A DNA stretch of 64,000 nucleotides from Rhodovulum sp. (lineage in GTDB: Bacteria; Pseudomonadota; Alphaproteobacteria; Rhodobacterales; Rhodobacteraceae): positions 4,905-68,904 of the forward strand of contig JACKKC010000017.1 in assembly GCA_020637615.1 (NCBI GenBank), written 5' to 3'. Positions 19,434 to 29,866 of the stretch are shown here, in pieces. Position numbers and translations under genes: made by a program. The notes below the pieces were generated by a model. The model was not told the DNA's origin. It worked only from the letters and a program-made list of their open reading frames with translations, and did no database searches. Each line of letters starts with the position of its first letter. Position 1 is the stretch's first letter.

Positions 19434-19601
19434 GTCTGGACCGAGCGGCGCTACGAGGATGGCAAGCTCGCCACGACCGAACGCTGGACCGCCATCCTGA
19501 CCATCGCGTTTCAACCGCCGCGCGACGCCGAACGCCTCAAGGCCAATCCGCTCGGCATCTATGTCAACGCCATCAACTGGTCGCGGGAGATGGGCCAATG
19601 A
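19434..19601 (+). pseudogene. trbF: C-terminal fragment of conjugal transfer protein TrbF
   Basis: WTERRYEDGKLATTERWTAILT...NPLGIYVNAINWSRE; overlaps the trbG start. Confidence 0.85.
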
Positions 19602-20557
19602 GCAGCGCTATCCGCAAGCCCGCAATGGCGGCCGTTCTCCTTTCGGCGACCATGCTCGCCGGGTGCGCTACCAACCGCCCGCCGGAAATCAGCTACGACA
19701 ACAGCGTCCCGCCGCTGCCGGCCATTCCCGCCGCTGTGACGGATGAGCGGCTGAAGCCGATCCATGTCCCGCCAGCCTGGACCTTTGCGCGCGGCGGCAC
19801 GGCAGGGGCGACACCGACCGCGCGGGTTGAGAATGCCAATGCCGCAGCCCGCGTTCAGCCGCGCCGCGAGGGCTACTTCAACGCCATTCAAGTCTATCCG
19901 TGGAGCGAAGGCGCGCTGTATCAGGTCTATGCCGCTCCCGGCCAGATCACGAACATCGCGCTCGAACCCGGCGAGAGCCTGACCGGCGCAGGCCCGATCG
20001 CGGCCGGCGACACCGCCCGCTGGATCATCGGCGACACCGAATCCGGGTCCGGCGTCGCCCGCCGCGTCCATGTGCTGGTGAAGCCGACACGCGCCGACAT
20101 CACCACCAATCTCGTCATCACCACCGACAGGCGCACCTACATGGTCGAGCTGCGCTCCGGCGAGAAGCCCTATATGCCCGCCGTCGCCTGGGCCTATCCG
20201 CGGCCGGCAGGCGGCGGGCGTCAGGCCACCCCGGCAACGCCGGTCATTCCGGCCGTCGCCGCGCGTAATTATCGCTACGGCCTGACCGGCAGCAGAAATC
20301 CGCCCTGGAAGCCCGTCGCCGTCTATGACGACGGCCGCCGTGTCTATGTCGAATTCCCGCGCGGCATCGTGCAGGGCGAGATGCCTCCGATCTTCGTCAT
20401 CGGCCCCGAGGGCGAGGCGCAGATCGCCAACATCCGCATCCATCAACACATCCTGATCGTCGATCGCCTGTTCGGCGCGGCCGAGTTGCGTCTTGGCGGC
20501 GGCGACCGCCAGCAGACCGTCAGGATCGTCCGTACCGACGGGAGACCGCAATCATGA
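19598..20557 (+). CDS. trbG: Conjugal transfer protein TrbG (VirB9-like)
   Basis: Lipobox LAGC; LYQVYAAPGQITNIALEPGE, AGDTARW, YDDGRRVY, IVDRLFGAAELRLG. Confidence 0.93.
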   Translation: MSSAIRKPAMAAVLLSATMLAGCATNRPPEISYDNSVPPLPAIPAAVTDERLKPIHVPPAWTFARGGTAGATPTARVENANAAARVQPRREGYFNAIQVYPWSEGALYQVYAAPGQITNIALEPGESLTGAGPIAAGDTARWIIGDTESGSGVARRVHVLVKPTRADITTNLVITTDRRTYMVELRSGEKPYMPAVAWAYPRPAGGGRQATPATPVIPAVAARNYRYGLTGSRNPPWKPVAVYDDGRRVYVEFPRGIVQGEMPPIFVIGPEGEAQIANIRIHQHILIVDRLFGAAELRLGGGDRQQTVRIVRTDGRPQS

Positions 20558-21696
20558 CCGAAGCCGAATCCACCGCCGCTCCGATGCGCCTTCGCGCCGA
20601 AGCCCCGCGCGTCACGCGCCTGTCGCGCAAGATGCTCGCCAGCGTCGCCGCCGTCGCTCTGGTCGGGATCGGCGGGGCGCTGATCTACGCGCGTCAGACA
20701 CGCGGCCCCGGCGATGGCGGCGAGGAGCTTTATTCCACCACGAACCGCCAGCCGGCCGATGGTCTTGCCGGCCTGCCGCGCGACTATACCGGCCCCGTCC
20801 TCGGGCCAGCGCTGCCCGGCGATCTCGGCGGCCCGATCCTGTCCGCGCAGAATGCCGGCCAGCCTGTCGTGCCGCCCGTGGTCCCGACGCCCGGCGTCGA
20901 CGAGGCCGAGCAGCGACGCCGTGCCGAGGAAGAAGCCGCGCGTCTCAGCACCGTGTTCTTCCAGTCGCGACAGGGCTCGACGGCAGCAGCCACGCCGGGA
21001 GCCATGCCCGGCCTTGCAGGGCTCGACCCCGGCAGCGCCGCAGGGCAACCGACCGCCCAGGACCGGCAGCTTACCTTCCTCAACGCAGCGGCCGACCGGC
21101 GCACCGTCACGCCGGATCGTGTCACACCACCGGCGTCGCCCTTCGTGCTTCAGGCCGGCGCGGTCATCTCGGCCGCGCTCATCACCGGCATTCGTTCCGA
21201 TCTTCCCGGCCAGATCACGGCGCAGGTCACGGAGAACATCTATGACAGCCCGACCGGCAGCATCCTGCTCGTGCCGCAGGGGACGCGGCTCATCGGTCAG
21301 TACGACAACGCCGTGCAGTTCGGTCAGCGCCGTGTGCTACTCGTCTGGAACCGCCTCATCATGCCGAACGGCCGCTCCATCGTGCTTGAGCGTCAACCGG
21401 GCGTGGACACGCAGGGCTATGCCGGCCTGGAGGATGGCGTCGATTACCATTGGTGGGATTTCGCCAAGGCGGCCGCGCTCTCGACGCTGCTCGGCGTCTG
21501 CGCGGAGCTGGCGACCGACGACAATGATCGCCTGATCCGCGCCATCCGCGACGGCGCACAGGACACGATCAATCAGGCCGGTCAACAGATCGTCCAGCGC
21601 CAGATGCAAGTCGCGCCGACCCTGAGCATCCGGCCGGGTTTCCCCGTCCGCGTCATCGTCACCAGGGATTTGGTGCTCGAACCCTACAGGAGCTGA
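20554..21696 (+). CDS. trbI: Conjugal transfer protein TrbI (VirB10-like)
   Basis: AGAVISAALITGIRSDLPG, GQRRVLLVWNRLI, PTLSIRPGFPVRVIVTRDL. Confidence 0.93.
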   Translation: MTEAESTAAPMRLRAEAPRVTRLSRKMLASVAAVALVGIGGALIYARQTRGPGDGGEELYSTTNRQPADGLAGLPRDYTGPVLGPALPGDLGGPILSAQNAGQPVVPPVVPTPGVDEAEQRRRAEEEAARLSTVFFQSRQGSTAAATPGAMPGLAGLDPGSAAGQPTAQDRQLTFLNAAADRRTVTPDRVTPPASPFVLQAGAVISAALITGIRSDLPGQITAQVTENIYDSPTGSILLVPQGTRLIGQYDNAVQFGQRRVLLVWNRLIMPNGRSIVLERQPGVDTQGYAGLEDGVDYHWWDFAKAAALSTLLGVCAELATDDNDRLIRAIRDGAQDTINQAGQQIVQRQMQVAPTLSIRPGFPVRVIVTRDLVLEPYRS

Positions 21697-21698
21697 CC

Positions 21699-21914
21699 AT
21701 GACCAAGCTGAAACTCGGACCCATCGCCGACGACAAGCCCATCAGGATCACGGTGGAGCTGCCCGCGGCGCTCCATCGCGACCTCACCGACTACGGCCGC
21801 CCTCTCGCCGAAGGCGGCACGCCGGTCGAGCCCACAAAGCTCGTCGTGCCGATGCTCGAACGCTTCATCACCACCGATCGCGGCTTCGCTAAGGCCCGGC
21901 GCAGGACAAATTGA
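21699..21914 (+). CDS. DUF2274 family protein
   Basis: MTKLKLGPIADDKP...LPAALHRDL...PMLERFITTDRGF; usual position after trbI. Confidence 0.88.
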   Translation: MTKLKLGPIADDKPIRITVELPAALHRDLTDYGRPLAEGGTPVEPTKLVVPMLERFITTDRGFAKARRRTN

Positions 21915-22154
21915 CTGCTAATATCGGCGATGTCGTCTATCAAGCCGCCTCTATTCATCACCACCCGTGACGACGCCGGACTGACCGGGGTGCCGCCAGC
22001 GCGTGAGCGTGAATCCGGCACGCTACCGGCGGCCGATCCTCCGCCATGGTTCGCCAGACGTCGGGAATGCAGCCAAGTCGCTGTCCCGGTCACATTGAAG
22101 GAGTTTTGGCATGAGCACATGGAATGGCGGGATCGAACACGGCGGGGCCGGACG

Positions 22155-22427
22155 ATGAGTCAGACACCAGTCCCTCTCAGCAAACGCACCATCCGCAGGC
22201 ACCAGCTTCGCGAGATCGTTCCCCTGGCCGACACGACCATCTACGACATGGAGCAGCGCGGCGAGTTTCCGCAGCGCTTCTACCTGACCTCTCGAACCGT
22301 CGTGTGGGATCTCGGCGAAGTGGAGGCTTGGCCTGAAGAACGCCGCCGAGCCTCCAAGGCGAAGACTGCCAAGCGTGCGCCGGCACCCGACTTCACGCTC
22401 AGGAAGACCCGCCCGGTCAAAGGCTAG
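22155..22427 (+). CDS. AlpA family regulator/excisionase
   Basis: IRRHQLREIVPLADTTIYDMEQRGEFPQRF...VVWDLGEVEAW; convergent with the integrase. Confidence 0.88.
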   Translation: MSQTPVPLSKRTIRRHQLREIVPLADTTIYDMEQRGEFPQRFYLTSRTVVWDLGEVEAWPEERRRASKAKTAKRAPAPDFTLRKTRPVKG

Positions 22428-23673
22428 GCTCTGCGGCCAGAAGGTCCATGGAGGCCGGATAGAGCGTCGGGGTGTATTTCTGGCCGCTTACCCATGCGTC
22501 GATCAGATTGCCCCATTCCTGCATCATGTGGCGGCGCTGGTGCTCATACTCGGCCTTGTTATAGACGCCGCGCGAAGAGCGCCCGTCCTCGTGCGCCAGG
22601 CATTTCTCGATCCAGTCACTGTTGAAGCCCAGCTCGTTGAGCAGCGTCGAGCCCGTGCGGCGAAGGTCATGCACGGTGAACGGCTCCAGCGGCAGGCCCG
22701 CCTTCTTGGCTTGCACGACGACCGCCGTGGTTACGCGGTTGAAGGTCGCGCGCGACATCGGCGCATCCGCGTCGTAGCGCGAGGGCAGCAGGTAGCGCGA
22801 ATTGCCAGCACAGGTCTTGAGCGCGACAAGGATGCCGAGCGACTGTTCGCACAGATAGACGTTGTGCGGCTTGGAACGCTTCATCCGCTCCTTCGGGATC
22901 GACCACACGGCATTCTCGAAGTCGACCTCATCCCACACCGCGTCCTGCAGCTCGCTCTTGCGGACCATCGTGAGCAGGATCAACTTCAGACCGAGCCGGA
23001 TTGTCGGCAGCGTCGCCACATGCGCTAGCTGGCCGAGCATCACCCGAATTTCGGCGGGCGAGAGCGATCGGTCCTTGGGAACGAACGTCGCGATCGACGC
23101 CGGCCCGACCTCTTCGGCGGGATTCGGCACCTTCTCCCCATGCAGCTTAGCAAAGGCGAAGACCAGCTTCACGATGTCACGGACATGGACCGCCGTGGCC
23201 GGTGCTCCCCGCGCCTTCACCTTGTCGCACATCGCCCGGAGATCCTCGGGTGTGATTTCCGTCAGCAGCCGATTGCGGAACGTCGGCAGGATGTCCCGCT
23301 CGTAGATCGAGCGGCGCATCGCGCGGGTGCTTTCGGCCATCCGATGCTCTTGCAGCCAACGTTCGCCAAACTCGCCGAAGCTCTTTGCTTCCTTGATGCG
23401 GCGCTTCTCGCGCTGCTTCTCCTGTGCGGGCGACCGCCCTTCCTGAATCGAACGCTGCGCGTCGATCAGCTTCTCCCGCGCACGGGCCAGAGAGAGGCCC
23501 GCCGGCCCGTAGCGGCCGAGGGTCAAGGTCTCGCGTCGACCGTGCATACGGTAGTCATAGCGGAACACGACGGCACCCGACGGGTTCACGACGACATACA
23601 TACCGTCACGGTCGGTGACCTTGTACAATTTGTTTTTTGGTTTCAGTGCTTTGATTGCCGCATCGATAAGCAT
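22417..23673 (-). CDS. P4-like tyrosine integrase with arm-binding domain
   Basis: LYKVTDRDGM N-terminus; catalytic VRKSEL, HDLRR, LAH, GVYN. Confidence 0.95.
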   Translation of the reverse strand: MLIDAAIKALKPKNKLYKVTDRDGMYVVVNPSGAVVFRYDYRMHGRRETLTLGRYGPAGLSLARAREKLIDAQRSIQEGRSPAQEKQREKRRIKEAKSFGEFGERWLQEHRMAESTRAMRRSIYERDILPTFRNRLLTEITPEDLRAMCDKVKARGAPATAVHVRDIVKLVFAFAKLHGEKVPNPAEEVGPASIATFVPKDRSLSPAEIRVMLGQLAHVATLPTIRLGLKLILLTMVRKSELQDAVWDEVDFENAVWSIPKERMKRSKPHNVYLCEQSLGILVALKTCAGNSRYLLPSRYDADAPMSRATFNRVTTAVVVQAKKAGLPLEPFTVHDLRRTGSTLLNELGFNSDWIEKCLAHEDGRSSRGVYNKAEYEHQRRHMMQEWGNLIDAWVSGQKYTPTLYPASMDLLAAEPSL

Positions 23674-23717
23674 CGGACCTCCAAGATCGTTCAAAAAACG
23701 CCAGAGAGCCCCTAAAA

Positions 23718-23862
23718 ATACCGTCAAGCCAAAATCGACCAATCATGACGGCGAATTTTCCTTTATTCTCAATGGAATAAGGTCAAAAAAATACCGTCAC
23801 AAGCTCTCTGAGCCATGACGGTATATGCAATTCCGCGATGTCACAAGACGCCCCATACCGTC
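23718..23862. repeat. Putative integrase arm-type sites in the att region
   Basis: ATACCGTC at 23718, 23791 and 23855, inverted GACGGTAT at 23817, in an AT-rich spacer between int and guaA. Confidence 0.6.
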
Positions 23863-23990
23863 GTCTCCGCCGTCGATTGCGAGGCTTGCCCGGCGATTGA
23901 CGACGAAAGACAGCGGATGTAAAACTATTTATTTTCAGTATGTTATGGAGGGTAATCGGCGGTTATTGGCGGCGTTTGGGTAGGCCCGGA

Positions 23991-25550
23991 TCACTCCCAT
24001 TCGATGGTTCCCGGCGGCTTGGAAGTGATGTCGTAGGTGACGCGGTTGATGCCCTTGACTTCGTTGATGATCCGCGTAGCCGTCTCCGACAGGAAATGAT
24101 GGTCGAAGGGGTAGTAGTCCGCCGTCATCCCGTCGACGGAGGTCACCGCCCGCAGGGCGCAGACATAGTCGTAGGTGCGGCCATCGCCCATGACACCCAC
24201 CGTGCGGACCGGGAGCAGGACGGCGAAGGCCTGCCATATGGCGTCGTAGAGGCCGTGCCGCCGGATCTGCTCGAGATAGACCGCATCGGCCTTGCGCAGA
24301 ATCGCGAGCTTCTCGGGGGTGATCGCGCCGGGGCAGCGGATGGCGAGGCCGGGGCCGGGGAAGGGGTGCCGGCCGACGAAGCTCGCCGGCAGGCCGAGTT
24401 CGCGCCCGAGCGCGCGAACCTCGTCCTTGAAGAGCTCGCGCAGCGGCTCCACCAGCTTCAGGTGCATCCGTTCCGGCAGGCCGCCGACATTGTGGTGGCT
24501 CTTGATGGTCACCGAGGGGCCGCCGGTGAAGCTGACGCTCTCGATCACGTCCGGATAGAGGGTGCCCTGGGCGAGGAATTCGGCGTCGCCGACCTCGCGG
24601 GCGCGTGCCTCGAAGACCTCGATGAAGAGGCGCCCGATGATCTTGCGCTTGGCTTCCGGCTCGTCGATGCCGGCGAGCGCGGAGAGGAAACGGTCGCCTT
24701 CGTCCGCGTGGATGAGGGGGATGTTGTAGTGGTCGCGGAAGAGGCCCACCACCTCGTCGGCCTCTCCCTGGCGCATCAGCCCGGTGTCGACGAAGACGCA
24801 GGTGAGCTGCTCGCCGATGGCCTCGTGGATTAGCACGGCGGCCACCGAGGAATCCACGCCCCCGGAGAGGCCGCAGATGACCCGGGCCTCGCCCACCTGG
24901 GCACGGATCGCGGCGATGGCCTGCTCCTTGTAGGCGGCCATCGTCCAGTCGCCGGTGAAGCCTGCGAGGTCGGTGAAGTTCCTCAGGATCCGCGCGCCGT
25001 TGACAGTGTGATGCACCTCCGGATGGAACTGCACCGCGTAGAAATGCCGCGCCGGGTCGGCGACGATGGCGAAGGGCGCGTTCGGCGAGGCGCCGATCAC
25101 CGAGAAGCCCGGGGCGAGGGCCGTGACCCGGTCGCCGTGGCTCATCCAGACCTCCTCGCGCCCGGTGGCGAAGAGGCCGGCAAAGAGCGGATCGGCGGTG
25201 TCGGCGGGGCTGACGAAGGCGCGGCCGAACTCGGCGTGATGCCCGGCCTCAACCCGGCCGCCAAGCTGTTCCATCATCACTTGTTGGCCGTAGCAGATGC
25301 CGAGGACCGGTACGCCGAGGGTGAAGACCGCCGGATCGGCGCGCGGGCTTGCCGATTCGACGACGCTGGCCGGCCCGCCGGAGAGAATGACCGCCTGCGG
25401 TGCGAAGGAAGCGAGAAAGGCGCCATCGACCTTCTGGAAAGGGTGGATCTCGCAGTAGATCCGCGCCTCGCGCAATCGTCGCGCGATCAGCTGGGTGACC
25501 TGGCTGCCGAAATCGACGATGAGCAGGCGCTGGTGGCTCTCTGTTGTCAT
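23991..25550 (-). CDS. guaA: GMP synthase (glutamine-hydrolysing)
   Basis: [47 protein letters not shown]. Confidence 0.97.
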   Translation of the reverse strand: MTTESHQRLLIVDFGSQVTQLIARRLREARIYCEIHPFQKVDGAFLASFAPQAVILSGGPASVVESASPRADPAVFTLGVPVLGICYGQQVMMEQLGGRVEAGHHAEFGRAFVSPADTADPLFAGLFATGREEVWMSHGDRVTALAPGFSVIGASPNAPFAIVADPARHFYAVQFHPEVHHTVNGARILRNFTDLAGFTGDWTMAAYKEQAIAAIRAQVGEARVICGLSGGVDSSVAAVLIHEAIGEQLTCVFVDTGLMRQGEADEVVGLFRDHYNIPLIHADEGDRFLSALAGIDEPEAKRKIIGRLFIEVFEARAREVGDAEFLAQGTLYPDVIESVSFTGGPSVTIKSHHNVGGLPERMHLKLVEPLRELFKDEVRALGRELGLPASFVGRHPFPGPGLAIRCPGAITPEKLAILRKADAVYLEQIRRHGLYDAIWQAFAVLLPVRTVGVMGDGRTYDYVCALRAVTSVDGMTADYYPFDHHFLSETATRIINEVKGINRVTYDITSKPPGTIEWE

Positions 25551-26063
25551 GGGGCACGAATAGGGCTGTGCGCGTCGCTGCGCAAGGGAATCCGCCGACC
25601 GGCCGCATTCGGCCCGCAGTGAAGCTATGCCATTGTTCCAGAAGACTATTGCCGGCTCCGGCAGGGACGGCGGGAGCGGCCTGCGTCACCGACTGCGCCG
25701 AGGAGGCGATCAGGAGCGACGTTCGCTCGCGGGCCCAGCGGCAGTGCTTCTCTGCAACCGCGACTATTGCTATTCTGACGTCCACTATGACGGTGCGTGG
25801 TTCGACCTGCGCAACATGGACACCGGGCGGTGGCGGGAGCGTGCCCATGTGTGGATCTTGCGGCTGCAACCCGGCGCGGGCCGGGCGGGCGCCTGAGAAC
25901 ATGCCGATGGTCGCCTTCCGTCGCTTCAGAAGCAGGATGCCTGCGTGCCGACCGGCTCGCGCCCGGAGAACCTGCCTTGTCCGGAGCATCTGGCGCGATC
26001 GGAGCCGCTGGCCGGCAGGATTTCCTTGTCTGGACGAGCCGCGACTCGGGAAGGTGCCCGCCT

Positions 26064-27409
26064 ATGAGCAGCGTCTTCGCAAGCGGGGCGTTTCGTCACC
26101 TCTTCGCATCGCAGCTGATGTCGCTGCTCGGAACCGGGCTGATGACGGTTGCGCTGGCGCTGCTGGCCTATGAGATCGGCGGCGCCGCGCAGGCCGGGCT
26201 GGTGCTGTCCGGGGACTTCACGATCAAGATGATCGCCTATGTCGGCTTCGCCCCCTTCGCGAATGCGTTGGTCCACAGAGTGCCGGTCCGGCCGCTGCTG
26301 GTCGCGCTCGACCTGGCGCGGCTGACGCTCGCGCTGCTCCTGCCGCTGACCGATGCCATCTGGCAGGTCTATCTCCTGATGTTCCTGTTCCAGATGTGCT
26401 CGGCCGCCTTTACCCCGGCCTATCAAAGCACGATCCCCGACGTGCTCGCGGACGAGGCGCAATATGCACGGGCGCTGTCGCTGTCGCGCGCGGCCAGCAA
26501 TCTCGAAACCATGCTGAGCCCGGTCCTGGCCGGGCTGCTCCTCATGCTGGTGGCGCCACCGGCGCTGTTCCTGGGCACGGCCTTGGCCTTCGCGCTGTCG
26601 GCGGCCGCCTTGTTCAGCGCCCGCCTGCCGGCCCGCGGCACCGCGGGGGCGGCCGAGCCTTTCCGGCGGCGGCTGGCCATGGGCTGCACGATCTATCTGA
26701 ACACCGTCCGGCTGCGCGGGCTTCTGGCGGTCAATTTCGCCATGTCGCTGACCATGGCCTGGGTTCTGGTCAATTCCGTGGCCTATGCCGGGTGGCTTTC
26801 GAGGGGGACGCCGCGGCCTATACCGATCTGATGGCCGCTTTCGGCACCGGATCGATCGCCGCCGCTTTCGTGGTCCCGCGCCTGCTGCACCATTTCTCCG
26901 AACGCCGCCTGATGCTCGCCGGCGCCGCTTCCATGGGCGGGATGGCCTTCACCATCCTGTCCGAGCCGGATTTCGCCGGACTGCTGGCGCTCTGGACCGG
27001 GCTCGGGGCGGCGTCCTCGCTGGTGCTGCCGCCAGGCTCGCTGCTTCTGGTGCGGTCGTCCGGGCGCGCGGAGCGTCCGGCGCTTTTCGCCGCGTAATTC
27101 TCGCTCTCGCACGTGGCCTGGCTCATCGCCTATCCGCTGTCGGGCTGGCTCGGATCGGAACTGGGGCTCGCGACGGCCCTCGTGACCCTCGGGGCGGCGA
27201 CGCTTGCGATCGCGGCGGCAACCGCCCGACTCTGGCCGGCCCATGATCCGGCCGAGCTCAGCCACATGCATACCGGCCTCTCGCCCTCGCATCCGCATAT
27301 TCGGTCCGGTGCCTATCGGGCGGTCGACGGCGCGCCCGCCATCGTGCATTCGCACAGGTTTCACATCGACGACCTGCATCCGCGGTGGCCATCCCCCGAG
27401 CGTCCGTGA
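26064..27409 (+). pseudogene. NreB-like nickel-efflux MFS transporter, disrupted (frameshift ~26790, TAA at 27095)
   Basis: FRHLFASQLMSLLGTGL, LFAA*FSLSHVAWL, His-rich tail HMH..HPH..HSHRFHIDDLHPRWP spread over three ORF pieces. Confidence 0.8.
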
Positions 27410-27461
27410 ATAGTGGCCCGTGGGAACGAAGCGCGCTGCAAGCGAGGGCCGGCAAAGGGAC

Positions 27462-28658
27462 ATGACGAAGGAGAGCGATATTTCCGTCGGGATCGCGGGG
27501 GCAGGATCGGTGGCATTCGCCACCGCCGCCTTCCTGAGCCAAAATGCGATCCCGGCGACGCTGTGGTCGCCGTCGGGGGCACGGACCCGAGCGCTGGCCG
27601 CGGGGGCCGACCTGGTTGCGACCGGCGCCGTGGAAGGTTCCTTCCGACCCGCCATCGCCGAGAGTGCCCGTGCGCTGGCCGAGGCCAGCGACGTGCTGAT
27701 GATCGTGCTGCCGGCCTATGGGCACAAGGCGGTGATGGACGCGCTGGCGCCGCATGTCCGCCCGGGCCAGCCGGTGATCATCAGCTCCCACGCCTCGCTG
27801 GGTGCGCTCTACCTGTCGGACCTTCTGGCGCGACGCAGGGTGGTCGCGCCGATCGTGGCCTGGGGCACGACGATCGTCACCGGTCGCCAGCAGCCGGATC
27901 TGACGCATGTCAAGGTCAACACGCTGCGCAAGAGCGTCGACATCTGCACCGTGCCGGAGCGCCTGTCCGGCGAGGGGCTGGCGATCTGCCAGCGCTTGTT
28001 CGGCGATCGCTTCAAGGTGCGCGACGGTCTCCTGGCGATATCGCTCAGCAACCTCAACCCGCAGAACCACATGGGCATCGCGCTCGGCAACATGACCCGG
28101 ATGGAGCGCGGCGAGACCTGGAGCCAGGGGCAGAACGTCACCCCCCATGTCGGGCGCCTGCTCGAGGCGCTGGACCGGGAACGGCTTGAGATCGCCGCCG
28201 CGCTGGGCCTGTCGGTGCGCACGATCTTCGAGCATTTCCACCTGTCCTTCCACGTGCCGGTCGCCAGCATCTCGGAGATGAACCTGCGCATGCACGAGAT
28301 GGGCAACGGCGGCACCGGACCGGCCACCGCGGACAGCCGCTACGTCACCGAGGACGTGCCCTTCGGGCTGGTCCTGACCGCGAGGCTGGGCGAGATGACC
28401 GGCCGCCCCGCGACGCTGCATCGGGCGGGGATCGACATCTTCTCGGCCATGTACGGCCGCGATTTCGCGCGGGAGAACGTGCTGATCGACGCCATCGGGC
28501 TCGACGACATGAGCCTTGAGCAATTGCAGGCGTCCATCCGGGATGGCATCCTGCCGGACGTACCATCGCGAACCGGCAGTGGCGGCAGCCGGGTTTCGGG
28601 ACCTTCGACCCAGCCCGCCCGACAGAACTCAAATCAATTCAGGGAGAGAGACGAATGA
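27462..28658 (+). CDS. NAD/NADP opine (octopine/nopaline) dehydrogenase family protein
   Basis: Rossmann IAGAGS; SNLNPQNH; SRYVTEDVPFGL. Confidence 0.82.
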   Translation: MTKESDISVGIAGAGSVAFATAAFLSQNAIPATLWSPSGARTRALAAGADLVATGAVEGSFRPAIAESARALAEASDVLMIVLPAYGHKAVMDALAPHVRPGQPVIISSHASLGALYLSDLLARRRVVAPIVAWGTTIVTGRQQPDLTHVKVNTLRKSVDICTVPERLSGEGLAICQRLFGDRFKVRDGLLAISLSNLNPQNHMGIALGNMTRMERGETWSQGQNVTPHVGRLLEALDRERLEIAAALGLSVRTIFEHFHLSFHVPVASISEMNLRMHEMGNGGTGPATADSRYVTEDVPFGLVLTARLGEMTGRPATLHRAGIDIFSAMYGRDFARENVLIDAIGLDDMSLEQLQASIRDGILPDVPSRTGSGGSRVSGPSTQPARQNSNQFRERDE

Positions 28659-29766
28659 CGAAACTGATCCAGACCAGGCGCCGCTTTCTGGGCACCGCGG
28701 CGGGGGCCTCGGCGGTCCTGGCCTCGCCGGCCTATCTTCGGTCCTCGGCCGCGCAATCGGGTGGGGTGGTGAACGTCTGGACCTACGACGAATTCGTGCC
28801 GGAAGACCTCAAGCAGGCGTTCGAGAAGGATACCGGCATCGAGGTGCGGATCCGTCTGGTGGACGACCAGGGCAAGCAGTTCAACCTGCTGGCCGCCGAA
28901 CAGCCGAACCCGTCGGTCGACATCCTGACGGTCGCGGGCCACCGCTTCCTGCAATTCATCGACTCGGATCTGATCGCGCCGCTCGACACCGACCGGCTGG
29001 CCAATTGGGGCAACATCAACCCGGTCTATTCCGAAGGCGACTGGGCCACGATCAACGGCAACAAATGGGGCGCACCGATCCTGTCGGGGGCCGAGATAAT
29101 GGCCTACAACACGGATTTCGTGCCGGAGGACCGCCGCAACACCTGGGACACGCTGTTCTCCGAAGACTACAAGCAGCAGACCGCGTATATCCCCTCGGAC
29201 CTGATGTCGATCGTCATGCTCTACCTGGGCTATGACGGCAACATGATCGCCTATATGGACGATCCCGACGAAGCGGCCCGCATCGTCGCCGAGGCGCGGG
29301 ACTTCCTGATCGAGCACAAGCCCCTGGTGCGCAAGTACTACGACGCCGGCGCCGAGATTCAGCAGATGCTGGTCAATCAGGACGTGGTGTTGTGCCACGC
29401 CTGGAACGGGCCGATCTCCAAGCTGATCATGGACGGCATGCCCCTTGGGGAATGAGCGTTCCCGACGAGGGATCCTATGGTTTCGTCTATACGTTGAACA
29501 TCGCCAACAACGCGCCGAACGCGGACAATGCCTACAAGTTCCTCGACGCCATGCTGGCGAGTTCCGAGATCGGCGCGGAACTGACCAAGTCGACCGGCTT
29601 CATCTCGACCTACAAGGGGGCGTCGGAGCATCTGTCTGATCTTGAGAAGGCGGCCTCCTCGATCCCCGACGAGCAGCTGGAGAACCTCCAGTTCTTCCGG
29701 GCCGAGGCCAACGACATGAAATACAAGCTGGTCGATCCGGCGGTCGAGGAGATCAAGGCCGCCTGA
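28655..29766 (+). pseudogene. PotD-like polyamine/opine ABC substrate-binding protein (Tat signal), frameshift near 29445
   Basis: TRRRFL Tat motif; FEKDTGIEV; continues in another frame as MSVPDEGSYG...NAYKFLDAML. Confidence 0.8.
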
Positions 29767-29866
29767 CCCGATCGCGGCCCCGGCCCGCGTCGCCGGGGCC
29801 GCCCCATGTCACCACGCTGCATCCGGGGTTCCCATGCCGGCCGCGTGCGACCGACAAGGAGTTCAG

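Larger units (their letters stand above)
19431..23990. mobile_element. Remnant of a Trb-type integrative conjugative element inserted at the guaA 3' end
   Basis: trbF'-trbG-trbI-DUF2274-alpA and a tyrosine integrase abutting the guaA stop; other trb genes, relaxase and coupling protein are absent. Confidence 0.85.

Noticed and set aside
19215-19601. 128-aa ORF as a full-length TrbF or a novel fusion protein
   Set aside because: Only the last ~55 codons are TrbF-like; the rest is the antisense of another gene fragment plus simple repeats.
25627-25896. 89-aa ORF upstream of guaA as a real gene
   Set aside because: The N-terminal half is not protein-like and no family was recognised; treated as a possible remnant only.
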